Shown: positions 43,933-52,675, numbered from the stretch's first letter. The stretch: 64,000 nucleotides of DNA from Candidatus Poribacteria bacterium (GCA_965261115.1 OZ253447.1:3845287-3909286); one strand, 5' to 3'. Made by a program: numbers and translations. The notes: generated from the sequence alone by a model not told the origin.

Positions 43933-44754
43933 ATGAAACGATCATTTCTCTATGCCTTATTCATCGTTCTAACGCTTATCACGGGCGGATATGTAACCGC
44001 AGGTCTTGATAAAGGACTTGTCGTTTATTTCACGTTCGACAACGTCCTGGGTAAGCGGATTCTTGATGAATCTGGTAACGGACTTGATGCTGAAATTGTC
44101 AAAGAGACTCAATTTGTCAAGGGTAAATATGGGAACGCTGTCCATATTACTAATGATACTGAAGATTGTGTGAATGTACCTGCCGCCGATGAACTGGAAA
44201 TCAGTGAAGAGATCACAATGATGGCATGGGTATATCACGAGAATTGGAAGGGGAGCTCTTCACAGTGGTTTGATAAAGGGTGTTATAGTGCGAGATCCAA
44301 TAGTATATACGGTATGGGAGTTTTCGATGAAAATGATGATCCTGATCTCGGATTCCCTTCAGGCGTTGGGATTATTTTAGGGACGCGAGAATTTCATGTG
44401 CGAATCGTAATAAAGAAGGAAATGAGGAATGGAACGTGGCATCATATTGTCGGCGTATGTGAGGATCTCAACGTGAGAATGTATCTTGATGGTGAAAACA
44501 TTCATGAATCTAATCAAAGAGCACCTTTTAATTTTAATGGCATAAACGAGGAAGATTTGCGGATCGGATGTGCCAAAGGTAAGCCTGCGTATGCGTTTGC
44601 GGGAGGTTCTATTGACGAAGTCGCGATATGGAATCGTGCGCTTAGTGAAACCGAAATCAGGGCTGTGATGCGGGGTACCTTGTTCGCGGTTTCACCGAAG
44701 GATAAAATCGCTACAACATGGGGAAATATTAAGCGGAAAGCACTTCAACCGTAG
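43933..44754 (+). CDS. secreted LamG/concanavalin-A-like lectin domain protein
   Basis: Signal peptide. LVVYFTFDN...DESGNG.DA......FV.GKYGNA and the C-terminal SIDEVAIWNRALSETEI are typical of Laminin_G_3 domains. The ATG lies 1 nt after the stop of 40983..43931. Confidence 0.72.
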   Translation: MKRSFLYALFIVLTLITGGYVTAGLDKGLVVYFTFDNVLGKRILDESGNGLDAEIVKETQFVKGKYGNAVHITNDTEDCVNVPAADELEISEEITMMAWVYHENWKGSSSQWFDKGCYSARSNSIYGMGVFDENDDPDLGFPSGVGIILGTREFHVRIVIKKEMRNGTWHHIVGVCEDLNVRMYLDGENIHESNQRAPFNFNGINEEDLRIGCAKGKPAYAFAGGSIDEVAIWNRALSETEIRAVMRGTLFAVSPKDKIATTWGNIKRKALQP

Positions 44755-44793
44755 CGAAACCGATAGTCTAAGGTTCTAAACGTACTCACCGAT

Positions 44794-44898
44794 ATTACGT
44801 AGGACTTACGCATTTTTCCATGATAACGAACGTATGACGCACTGCAGGCGGGGTTTAAAACCCCGCCTGCGAGGGAGGCTGCGTGAGTCCTATTACGT
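44794..44898. mobile_element. 91-bp MITE-like element (44801-44891) with 7-bp target-site duplication
   Basis: TIRs AGGACTTACGCA (44801-12) and TGCGTGAGTCCT (44880-91) match at 11/12. They are flanked by a perfect direct repeat ATTACGT (44794-800 and 44892-98). Confidence 0.65.
44844..44870. terminator. GC-rich hairpin inside the MITE, between convergent genes
   Basis: GCAGGCGGGG-TTTAAAA-CCCCGCCTGC. The 10-bp stem is extendable by TTT/AAA. It sits between the LamG gene (+) and the 1256-aa gene (-). Confidence 0.6.
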
Positions 44899-47800
44899 TA
44901 AAGTTCCGCACTGACGGTCATCTCCAGACGGTGTTCGGGTTTTCGCTCTTTCGTTGAGAGTAGACGGTAATTGAGTCGCAGTAGTAGATCGGTGAATTTC
45001 CGTAATCTGTAGTCTGCTATCGTCCGGATTTCGTGGCTGATGCCTTCGTAGAACGTATATTGCGCGAAGGGTATGCCGCCACTGCTTTTGCCGTAGCCGA
45101 GTTTGTAGTTGAAATCAATGCGTCCCTTACCGATGAGACTGTAGGTGACGCGGCTCTCAAACGAAAAGGTGCGCGTTTTGGCTTCGGGTTCCTCGTCAAG
45201 TTGCTCCTCGTCGGTTGTCCGTTTATAGCCACTGATACCGCTCCATCGTAGGGTCTTACTCAACTGGTATCGGATATTTAGTTCAGTTATCTGCTCAAAC
45301 TGACGCAAGTCTGAGATAGGTGTCGGAGAAGGCTCTCTCATTTCCTTGGTAGGATCGGTTTCTTGTGCGAGGTCTTCAAAATCGAATTGGCTATATTTTT
45401 CGGTTTCCCGACGTTGTTCCCTGTTCGCGCCAACAGAGAGACGTTGGGTCGGATTCATAGAGAAGCCAACATCCCATGTGTTGTGGTGTCTGTGGCGTTC
45501 TTGGTTATTAATCCGCTTGTTGAGCGTCTCCCCTGCCCGGAAGTTAAGTTCAAAACTGAACGCCGTTGAGGGGACGAATTCGAGTCGATGGTGTTGGTTC
45601 ACTCGCCCGAAAACCGTATCTGAACCTTGTAGATTTTGGAGTAGATATAGCGAAACAGCATCTTCTACCTCCTGTTCCTCAGTCAGCCAGAGTCGTGTTT
45701 GACCTCTGAGCGCGTTCAGAAACCATTCCATCCGAGAAGGACGCACGCTTTGCTGTGATGCTGGCGGTGTTGGCCGTAAACTATCACCTTTCAACATCGC
45801 CTCTCGTTGCAGCTGTTGTTGCCGCGCCCGGTTGCGCCGTGCGAAAAACTGGCGGGGTTGAAAACGGAGGCGAAAATCCGCATCTACCGCCGTTGTTGGT
45901 TTATCACCGACGTGTTGGTGGATTTTGATGTAAGTGCCTTCTTCGGCATCCTCTACGTAGTGTAGATCGTCCAACTTCACGTAATATCCGTCCCCGGGTT
46001 GGAGCCGGACACCGGTATGTGGATGGATGTTGGTATAGACTTCGCGGCGTTGGCTTGTCAATTTTTTATCTAATTCGTAGGTGAGTTCTATGTCAATTGC
46101 CCGGCTTAGGGGTGTCAACTGAATATTAATATCTGCGAGTTGCGTCGTTGTATTCGCACCGAGATCGGTGTGTGCTTTGAGCGTCCGACGGGCGAGGTTT
46201 GCGGTCAGATTCATACCGCCGCTGAGAAAGGATTTCTGTTGTGAAAAGATGCCGACTTTCCATGTGCGTCCGGTCGTATTCCGTTGCCAATCCGATAAAC
46301 CGATCGGTTCGTCATCAACAGTGAGCAACGGCTCTTTGGCGTAAGCCTCCTCAAGTTCGTAGCTGGTATTCAGAGATGCCCAACTAAAATCAACGAGATT
46401 GATACGTCCAATTGCGCGGTTCCGCTTTCGGTTGAGCGTGGCATTACGCGCCTCGTTTGATTCCACCCTGCCCAATGTTCCCAAAATTCTGAACGGTCCG
46501 AGCGGATAAGCTAAGTTGCCTTCCTGCCGTAACTTCTGCTGCGATTGTGTCCGTGTTGAATCCTCATCCTCCACACGCGAACTACTCCGATAGTCATCCC
46601 AACGGAGATTCGGTAATTTCTGTAGGGGCGAGGTCACCTCGCCCCTACGGCCTTTAGACAGGTTTTGTTCCGATGCAGGGGTTGCTTTCTCTTGCCCACT
46701 GATGCGCGTGTTTCCGCGTCTGGTGGTAGCGGTTATACCTCCACTGCCTGACCGGCGATTGAAGTTCACACCCCAATTGAAATTATTGCGGATCGTTGCG
46801 TTTGTCGTTGGTGATGCTTCTGTTCCGTCCGCCAACCCCCCTTTATCCCCCCTTATCAGGGGGGTGGGTGGTTCTTTCTCTTCGCTTCTACCGATGCCAG
46901 CGTCAACCGCCAACCAATCTGTTGGAATCAGTTGGATGTCAAAGTTCGCAGTTCTCTCATCTCGTGCGGTTTGTGAAGGCGAGGTAACCTCGCCCCTACC
47001 AAACAGGAACGCGTCATCAAAACCCTCTTTGGTGTATTGCGTTTCATAACGGGAGCGATTCCGATTACTACTTGACGCACCGACAGGGACAAAGTCGGCG
47101 TCCATCGCTCGGATGTCGAGATTTGTGTTCAATTTAGGTCGCAGTTTATCTGTCCATGTCGCAAAGTCCCAATCCGCGTAACCGGTCAGTTTCCACGCCT
47201 GACTCACCTCTTTACGGTCTATGGTGGAATAGGTGTTCTTATCAAGATTGCTGTAGGCGAGTTCACCTTCGATCCACGCTTTTTCAGTAATGTTCACGCG
47301 GCTTTCTAACCCCCATACAGTATGTTTCTGGGGTGCTGTGAGCAGCGACCCATCTTCTTCGGGGTCAAGGATATTTTGACGGAGTGCCTCGATATCGGTC
47401 TCTTCAAGTATGATTAAAGCCTGTTCCGGTTCCTTCAGGTCTGCCTCAACGGCATAGGAAGCACCGAGTGTTATCCATTCTCCGTAGGGGCGAGGTAACC
47501 TCGCCCCTACACTGAGTCCATAGAGATTTTGTTGATATGCGCGATCTTCTGGGATGTATTCAAAGTCGATCCGAATTGTGTCGTTGCTTGTGATGAGGTG
47601 TTTGCTGTTGAACTCGACGATTGGGTCTCCATATTCTCGGATGATGTAATCGTTGTTTTCACCGCGCCGCATCCTTTCACCATTCAGCCAGACGATTTCA
47701 CTGCCTGCCTTTACGATGACGTATTGCCCATCGACGGTGAGCCGATATTCGCTCCGTCCTTCTTCGCCGCGAAGGACTAAGCTGGTAGACTGCCCTTTCG

Positions 47801-48668
47801 GAATGGCACTTGGAATAAGGTGGAAGCTCCCCCACTTGAAATCGCCTTCGACTTGTATGCCTTCCAAGGCACGTGGAAAAAAGATGAATTCAGAGGTGCC
47901 AAGCGACCCCTCAAAGTCGCCTAAGGTGCCTTTCATGTTTGGGTGTGTGATACGAATCAATTTCTGATCGATGTCTTGAATATTTTCGGTTGTTCCTTCG
48001 GGTTGAATAGGTAGATCTTGGTCGGATAGTAGTGCGAGGACGCTGATGTTTTCGGAGACTTTACCTTCTACATTGACACGGAGTTCCTGATTCTGTGAGA
48101 TGCTACGTCCGCTGCCGAGCGAAATACCGAATGTTTGGCTACCGGACACTTCGAGTTGTGATGTCCCGTCACCTGTAGAGGAGGTGCTTCCAAGTTCACC
48201 GAAAGGCTGTCCAGTCACCTTTTCAGATTCGTCAGTTTTGGGGAGGAGACCATCAGTAGATTCTGTTGATGGAGTTTGCGTGCCATAAAGGTCGCGTTTG
48301 TAGACCTCTTTAATTGCGAAAGGCAGCGTGCGGTAGGTTATCTTTAACTTGTAAGGGGTGGTCGTAGCATCGGGTGCTTCTATAGTGATTTTTCCTGAAT
48401 AGAAATCGATTTGATAGTCTATACTTCGCACGAGGGTTTTTCCATCCACTTCGATTAACTGTTCAGTGTCAGGGAGGATTGGTGGGTACTTCACCGTGAA
48501 TTCCCGCTCACCCGTTTTTAGTTCAATGGATTCGGTTTTCTGGAGGACGGAAAAGGTCGGGAGTTCGAGGGCTTTAGTTTTGTCGTCAGCGGATTCTTGT
48601 GCCGTGCTTCCGGAACGTGGTAGCAGGCACAAACAGAAGGAGACAAGGAACAAAAGTGGGGTACGCAT
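44898..48668 (-). CDS. very large secreted protein, probable outer-membrane beta-barrel
   Basis: 1256-codon uninterrupted ORF with signal peptide MRTPLLFLVSFCLCLLP..STAQ. It has long stretches of alternating hydrophobic/polar residues rich in Y/R/N/T/G. The C-terminal strand is RLEMTVSAEL. No named family was recognised. Confidence 0.55.
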   Translation of the reverse strand: MRTPLLFLVSFCLCLLPRSGSTAQESADDKTKALELPTFSVLQKTESIELKTGEREFTVKYPPILPDTEQLIEVDGKTLVRSIDYQIDFYSGKITIEAPDATTTPYKLKITYRTLPFAIKEVYKRDLYGTQTPSTESTDGLLPKTDESEKVTGQPFGELGSTSSTGDGTSQLEVSGSQTFGISLGSGRSISQNQELRVNVEGKVSENISVLALLSDQDLPIQPEGTTENIQDIDQKLIRITHPNMKGTLGDFEGSLGTSEFIFFPRALEGIQVEGDFKWGSFHLIPSAIPKGQSTSLVLRGEEGRSEYRLTVDGQYVIVKAGSEIVWLNGERMRRGENNDYIIREYGDPIVEFNSKHLITSNDTIRIDFEYIPEDRAYQQNLYGLSVGARLPRPYGEWITLGASYAVEADLKEPEQALIILEETDIEALRQNILDPEEDGSLLTAPQKHTVWGLESRVNITEKAWIEGELAYSNLDKNTYSTIDRKEVSQAWKLTGYADWDFATWTDKLRPKLNTNLDIRAMDADFVPVGASSSNRNRSRYETQYTKEGFDDAFLFGRGEVTSPSQTARDERTANFDIQLIPTDWLAVDAGIGRSEEKEPPTPLIRGDKGGLADGTEASPTTNATIRNNFNWGVNFNRRSGSGGITATTRRGNTRISGQEKATPASEQNLSKGRRGEVTSPLQKLPNLRWDDYRSSSRVEDEDSTRTQSQQKLRQEGNLAYPLGPFRILGTLGRVESNEARNATLNRKRNRAIGRINLVDFSWASLNTSYELEEAYAKEPLLTVDDEPIGLSDWQRNTTGRTWKVGIFSQQKSFLSGGMNLTANLARRTLKAHTDLGANTTTQLADINIQLTPLSRAIDIELTYELDKKLTSQRREVYTNIHPHTGVRLQPGDGYYVKLDDLHYVEDAEEGTYIKIHQHVGDKPTTAVDADFRLRFQPRQFFARRNRARQQQLQREAMLKGDSLRPTPPASQQSVRPSRMEWFLNALRGQTRLWLTEEQEVEDAVSLYLLQNLQGSDTVFGRVNQHHRLEFVPSTAFSFELNFRAGETLNKRINNQERHRHHNTWDVGFSMNPTQRLSVGANREQRRETEKYSQFDFEDLAQETDPTKEMREPSPTPISDLRQFEQITELNIRYQLSKTLRWSGISGYKRTTDEEQLDEEPEAKTRTFSFESRVTYSLIGKGRIDFNYKLGYGKSSGGIPFAQYTFYEGISHEIRTIADYRLRKFTDLLLRLNYRLLSTKERKPEHRLEMTVSAEL
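46622..46648. repeat. REP-like palindrome P2 inside CDS
   Basis: GTAGGGGCGAGGT-C-ACCTCGCCCCTAC (13-1-13, perfect). It is translated as RRGEVTSPL on the minus strand. Confidence 0.9.
46847..46864. repeat. C/G-tract hairpin inside CDS
   Basis: CCCCCCT-TATC-AGGGGGG, preceded by a second CCCCCCTTTAT. It is translated within ...PLIRGDKGGLADG. Confidence 0.8.
46973..46999. repeat. REP-like palindrome P3 (left arm decayed) inside CDS
   Basis: GTGAAGGCGAGGT-A-ACCTCGCCCCTAC. The left arm matches at 10/13. It is translated as GRGEVTSPS, in the same frame as P2. Confidence 0.85.
47484..47510. repeat. REP-like palindrome P4 inside CDS
   Basis: GTAGGGGCGAGGT-A-ACCTCGCCCCTAC, perfect. It is translated in a different frame, as VGARLPRPY. 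Confidence 0.9.
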
Positions 48669-48830
48669 TAATAGTTGTCAGAAGATTAGCAGTCAGCCAT
48701 CAGCATGCTTCGCAGTGAGAACAGTCAGTAAGAAACCGATGTGGTGGTTCAACGCATCTCACATGCGACACACCGACAGCTCAACCAATGGTTTCCGATG
48801 TCCACTATATTTGGGAATCGAGGTTCCCTC

Positions 48831-49892
48831 CTACAAGAGGTATTTGATAAGGTGCGTAAGTTTTATACGAAAAACTTGGAACACTTTTATGTCGTTCGCT
48901 TCAGCGTCGCTCACAAAGACGCGTCCGGTTTTTGAGACTGCGACCCCTACGGGTGCTAAGAGCGCTGTGTTACTAAATTCTGTGATGCTCTTGCCATTAG
49001 GTGTGAAGATTTGGATGCGTCGGTTGCCGCTGTCGGTTACATAGACATAATTCCAGTCGTCTAAGGCGATGCACTTCGGTTCTCGGAGTTGTCCAAGTTT
49101 ATCGCCTTCACCCCCCCAAGCACTCATCGGATTGCCGCTGAAGTCGTATTTTTTGATGAGATGGTTCCCAGTGTCAACGACATAGACATTCCCGTGGGTA
49201 TCGACACCGAGGTCTGTCGGATTCCATAGTTGTTCTGTTCCGCTCCCGAAGTTCCCTCTTGCTGTAACTGGGACCCCTGCGACATTGAATTCAATCCAGC
49301 GATGATTGCCTGTGTCTACGATATAGACCTCACCATTCCGTCCGATCCCGATGCCTTCGGGTTGATCAAGCAGGATGTCATCTACATTCTCGGTGAGTGG
49401 GTAGAAGATCCGATCCACAAAATTGCAGTATTGTATCCGATTATTGCCCGTATCTACGACATAGAGGCGGTAACTCCTTTGGAAACTTAAGGCTATATCA
49501 GATGGGTGATCGAACTCGCCTCTCTGCCACCCACGTCCACCGAATTCTGTGATGAAATTTCCGAGGTCGTCAATAACTTGTACCCGATTGTTCCCAGCGT
49601 CGGCGACGTAGATTCTATCTGCTTCATCTATTGTGAGCCCCAAGGGCATCTGAAATTCACCTGCGCCTTGTCCAGCATTGCCGAGTGTTTTGATGTAGTT
49701 GATACCTACGATTAGCGTAGGTTTCCGTTCACGGTTTGATGGGAGAATTTCGACCGGCTGTGCAAGTTCATTTTCGGGCAGGGTGCAACTCAAACAAAGT
49801 GCAAGGAGCAAAAACCAGATTTTTTTATATTTCCTTGCGGTTCGGTTTTTTATATTTCCTTGCGGTTCGGTTAGGTCTGTTTGAGATTTCAA
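48831..49892 (-). CDS. NHL-repeat beta-propeller lipoprotein
   Basis: Six blades with (V/I)YV(A/V)D.GN.R(I/V)Q.. motifs (IYVADAGNNRVQV, LYVVDTGNNRIQY, VYIVDTGNHRWIE, VYVVDTGNHLIKK, VYVTDSGNRRIQI). Lipobox LALCLSC. The TTG start is uncertain; the N-terminal extension contains the tandem dispersed motif. Confidence 0.75.
   Translation of the reverse strand: MKSQTDLTEPQGNIKNRTARKYKKIWFLLLALCLSCTLPENELAQPVEILPSNRERKPTLIVGINYIKTLGNAGQGAGEFQMPLGLTIDEADRIYVADAGNNRVQVIDDLGNFITEFGGRGWQRGEFDHPSDIALSFQRSYRLYVVDTGNNRIQYCNFVDRIFYPLTENVDDILLDQPEGIGIGRNGEVYIVDTGNHRWIEFNVAGVPVTARGNFGSGTEQLWNPTDLGVDTHGNVYVVDTGNHLIKKYDFSGNPMSAWGGEGDKLGQLREPKCIALDDWNYVYVTDSGNRRIQIFTPNGKSITEFSNTALLAPVGVAVSKTGRVFVSDAEANDIKVFQVFRIKLTHLIKYLL
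49821..49871 (+). repeat. dispersed motif copies C1+C2 (tandem, 23-bp period)
   Basis: TTTTTTATATTTCCTTGCGGTTCGGT occurs twice back to back. Both copies contain the identical 14-nt core. Confidence 0.85.
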
Positions 49893-49974
49893 GCGTCTTT
49901 TCCGTTTATCCGCATGCGCCGTTGTTGCATGCTGCGTTTTGTTTTTTCATCGGAAGCCTGCGGGGGCCCCAAGC

Positions 49975-50622
49975 TTAGCCGCGTTGTACCTTAAATTTGA
50001 AGACGAAGGTTGTTTGTTGGTTATTGAAATCGCTTGTGACTCTTGGCACAATGATCCGTAAATTGCTATAATTAATACTCCGTTTGCGGAAATAGAGGAA
50101 GAATCTTGCGTGGTGCTTCGGCATGACCGTGGTTTTTTCGATGTCTGCTCTCGGTAGGACTGCTGGTCCCCCTTGTATTCTGATGGTTTTATCCCATCGG
50201 AACACTTCCGCTGCAAATTCAGGGGGCAGCGTCGGTTTAAAGTTCTTTTTCAAATAAAAGGATTCCTGCGATTTGTCGATCGGTTTCGTAACATTCATGG
50301 TGCCATCAAGCATCTGACAATCTTTCTTTTTAAAGGAGATCCAGTGGTCGGTCCCATTATAGATAAAGATAGCGAATGCATCGACCGCCTTGACATCGTT
50401 GAGCGGTACTGCCATTGCCTTGATGCCGTTTTTGAGGTACCCGACGGTGCCTGTCTGCGGCATAATGTAAGCATCAGGATCAAAGACGGGGACAATGATC
50501 TCTGGTCGGAAGGTGTCTTTTACGAAATCTGACACCTTTGCACAGCTTAACGGAATTAATGCTAAACAGAGGAGTGCTAAAATTTGTAAGAGGGACACTC
50601 GATAATGTATCTCATTTTTCAT
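49975..50622 (-). CDS. hypothetical lipoprotein
   Basis: Signal plus lipobox (LALIPLSC). No recognisable domain. Confidence 0.45.
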   Translation of the reverse strand: MKNEIHYRVSLLQILALLCLALIPLSCAKVSDFVKDTFRPEIIVPVFDPDAYIMPQTGTVGYLKNGIKAMAVPLNDVKAVDAFAIFIYNGTDHWISFKKKDCQMLDGTMNVTKPIDKSQESFYLKKNFKPTLPPEFAAEVFRWDKTIRIQGGPAVLPRADIEKTTVMPKHHARFFLYFRKRSINYSNLRIIVPRVTSDFNNQQTTFVFKFKVQRG

Positions 50623-50852
50623 TTTTTTAAAGTTCCTTTATTGAAGTTATATTGCGTAAAACATGAGAATTTAGTCCGATAGGGAACGAAAGGGAGATCA
50701 TTTGTGTCCTTTTCTCTCCGCCTCAGATCCCGATTTGATTTGAATTCTTACCTCTTACTCGCTATGGGTTGAATAAGAAAGGCACGCATGCTTTTTACCC
50801 AAGCTTCAGGGGCTTCTATTCTGAGCTGATCTAAGAGGCGAAGTTCTTCTTT

Positions 50853-51464
50853 TTAGCCCCAGCGTTCTTCTTGTTCTATTATAGAGCGTAGCAGGTTTCT
50901 TGTTGTTTCAAATGCCTGTTGATTATCAGGACCCGGAAAGAGGAAATACAATGCTGCCGACTTAGCAACCATTTGAATAGCACGCTCAAGTGTTACAATT
51001 CCGCTTCGCTGCATTCGATCACGCTCTACGATGTAACGAACCTGTGGGATGTCTCCGAATTGTTGGAAGAATTGAGCTTCGCGATGTTTTTTGCGTACCG
51101 CTTCGTCTACATCCGCAAAGGCCCAATTTTGGGGAACTTCAAGGTTCCTGAGTTCTTTGACTTCCGCGTCTGTTAACCTGATCCAATCTTCGTCTTTCAA
51201 CTTTTCCCAATCTTCCTCTTTTAAATTTCCCCAGTCTTTGAGCGTTAAGTGTAGCCATTGTTTAGCGTCTTTCAAGTCTATGTCGTCTATGTCTGTCAAT
51301 TGTGGTAATTGATCATCAGATTGTAGGGGGTGTTCATCGAACGTATTATAGTTCGGTTTGATTACTTCTTGCTCGTCTTCGGTGTCTCCACAACCGAAAC
51401 AGATCAGGAGACTGAGGATAGCTGTAAAATAAAAAAAGTTGGAAAGGATAAATCCGTTTTTCAT
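50853..51464 (-). CDS. hypothetical lipoprotein
   Basis: Likely start MKNGFILSNFFYFTAILSLLICFGC (lipobox). Acidic, W-rich repeat region (DWGNLKEEDWEKLKDEDW). No family recognised. Confidence 0.45.
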   Translation of the reverse strand: MKNGFILSNFFYFTAILSLLICFGCGDTEDEQEVIKPNYNTFDEHPLQSDDQLPQLTDIDDIDLKDAKQWLHLTLKDWGNLKEEDWEKLKDEDWIRLTDAEVKELRNLEVPQNWAFADVDEAVRKKHREAQFFQQFGDIPQVRYIVERDRMQRSGIVTLERAIQMVAKSAALYFLFPGPDNQQAFETTRNLLRSIIEQEERWG

Positions 51465-51515
51465 GGTGTGCTCCATTGGTCCAAACAAGTTATGAAATTT
51501 GACAGATTTTATTCC

Positions 51516-51568
51516 AAAACCAACAACTCGTGCCTTAACATTTATAACGGAGTCGAGTTGTTGGTTTT
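51516..51568 (-). terminator. terminator hairpin after the accD-like/galK/glk unit
   Basis: 15-bp perfect arms AAAACCAACAACTCG / CGAGTTGTTGGTTTT with a 23-nt loop. The T-run is contiguous with the stem on either strand. It lies 26 nt downstream of the glk stop. Confidence 0.6.
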
Positions 51569-51593
51569 AATAGCCGATAAACGAGATAACGGT

Positions 51594-52667
51594 TCATTTA
51601 AAAGATCCTTCGAGTGCAAGCATCGCGGCTCCCACAATGCCAGCGTCATTTCCGAGGTGTGCTTTTACGATTTTCATCTGCGACGGGATGTCCATCGCAC
51701 GTTTAGAGAATTCAGCGCGGATCGGTTCAAAGAGCAGTTTCTCACCAGCTTCTGCGATGCCCCCGCCGATGATCGCGATTTGAGGATTGAGAATATGCGC
51801 TATTGAAGTGAGGGCAATGCCTATATACCGTCCCGTTTCAGCAAAAATCTCAGTTGCGAGTTCGTCCCCTGCTTGCGCGGCTTCCGCTATCATCCGCGGC
51901 GTTAATGGCGTTCCGGCGTTTGTTGCGGAGGCTAAAGTAGTGCTGCGTCCAGCTGCTATCTTCTCTTGGATGCGTTCCACGATGTTTTTTGCGCCAGCAT
52001 AAGCCTCAAGACACCCTTGATTGCCGCACCCACAATAACGTCCATTGGGTTCAACGACGGTATGTCCCAATTCGCCCGCAGTGTTCTGACTGCCGTGATA
52101 GACCTCACCATCAATCACTACGCCGCCACCTACACCTGTGCCGAGTGTCAATGCGACAAGATTCTTATATCCGACCCCGGCTCCGTGATGAAGTTCACCT
52201 AAAGTCATTACATTCACATCGTTGTCCATCCCGCTGAGGACAGGCTTGTACTGTTTATTAATATTCCGCGCTGCCACACGTTTTGGGGTGTGTAGTTTTG
52301 ATAGTTCTGTGTTGACATAGGTAACAAGCGGGATGTCGCTCCACCCCGGAAAGTTTGGTGAGAAGTGGACGACCCCTGTTTCGGCGATAATGAGTCCGGG
52401 TGAACCGAGTCCAACCCCAATTTCAAACGCTTCGTCATCGGATCCAGATTCTCTCGCTGCTGTTACATGGATGTCTGCTGTTTCTGCTTTTACAAGCACT
52501 TGTCGGACGGCTTCAGCGATCCGCGCAGCGACTACTTTAGGCCCCCCTGTTTCTACATCTGTAGGGACGACCACGCGACAAGAAACATCACCTTCTGATG
52601 AGACCAAGCCGGCTTTAATATCCGTTCCGCCGAGGTCAACGCCGATACTATGTTTCGTTGTTTCCAT
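51594..52667 (-). CDS. glk: ROK-family glucokinase
   Basis: IGVDLGGTDIKAGLV (ATP site), LGTGVGGGVV, and the ROK zinc motif CGCGNQGCLEAYAG. The start was chosen at METTKHSIGVDLGG. Confidence 0.8.
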   Translation of the reverse strand: METTKHSIGVDLGGTDIKAGLVSSEGDVSCRVVVPTDVETGGPKVVAARIAEAVRQVLVKAETADIHVTAARESGSDDEAFEIGVGLGSPGLIIAETGVVHFSPNFPGWSDIPLVTYVNTELSKLHTPKRVAARNINKQYKPVLSGMDNDVNVMTLGELHHGAGVGYKNLVALTLGTGVGGGVVIDGEVYHGSQNTAGELGHTVVEPNGRYCGCGNQGCLEAYAGAKNIVERIQEKIAAGRSTTLASATNAGTPLTPRMIAEAAQAGDELATEIFAETGRYIGIALTSIAHILNPQIAIIGGGIAEAGEKLLFEPIRAEFSKRAMDIPSQMKIVKAHLGNDAGIVGAAMLALEGSFK

Positions 52668-52675
52668 AGCGTTTA

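Noticed and set aside
46622-47510. Possibility that the repeated 27-bp palindromes form a CRISPR array
   Set aside because: Spacings are irregular (about 351 and 511 bp). The copies lie inside a long intact ORF. No cas genes or leader are present, and a fourth copy is 21 kb away.
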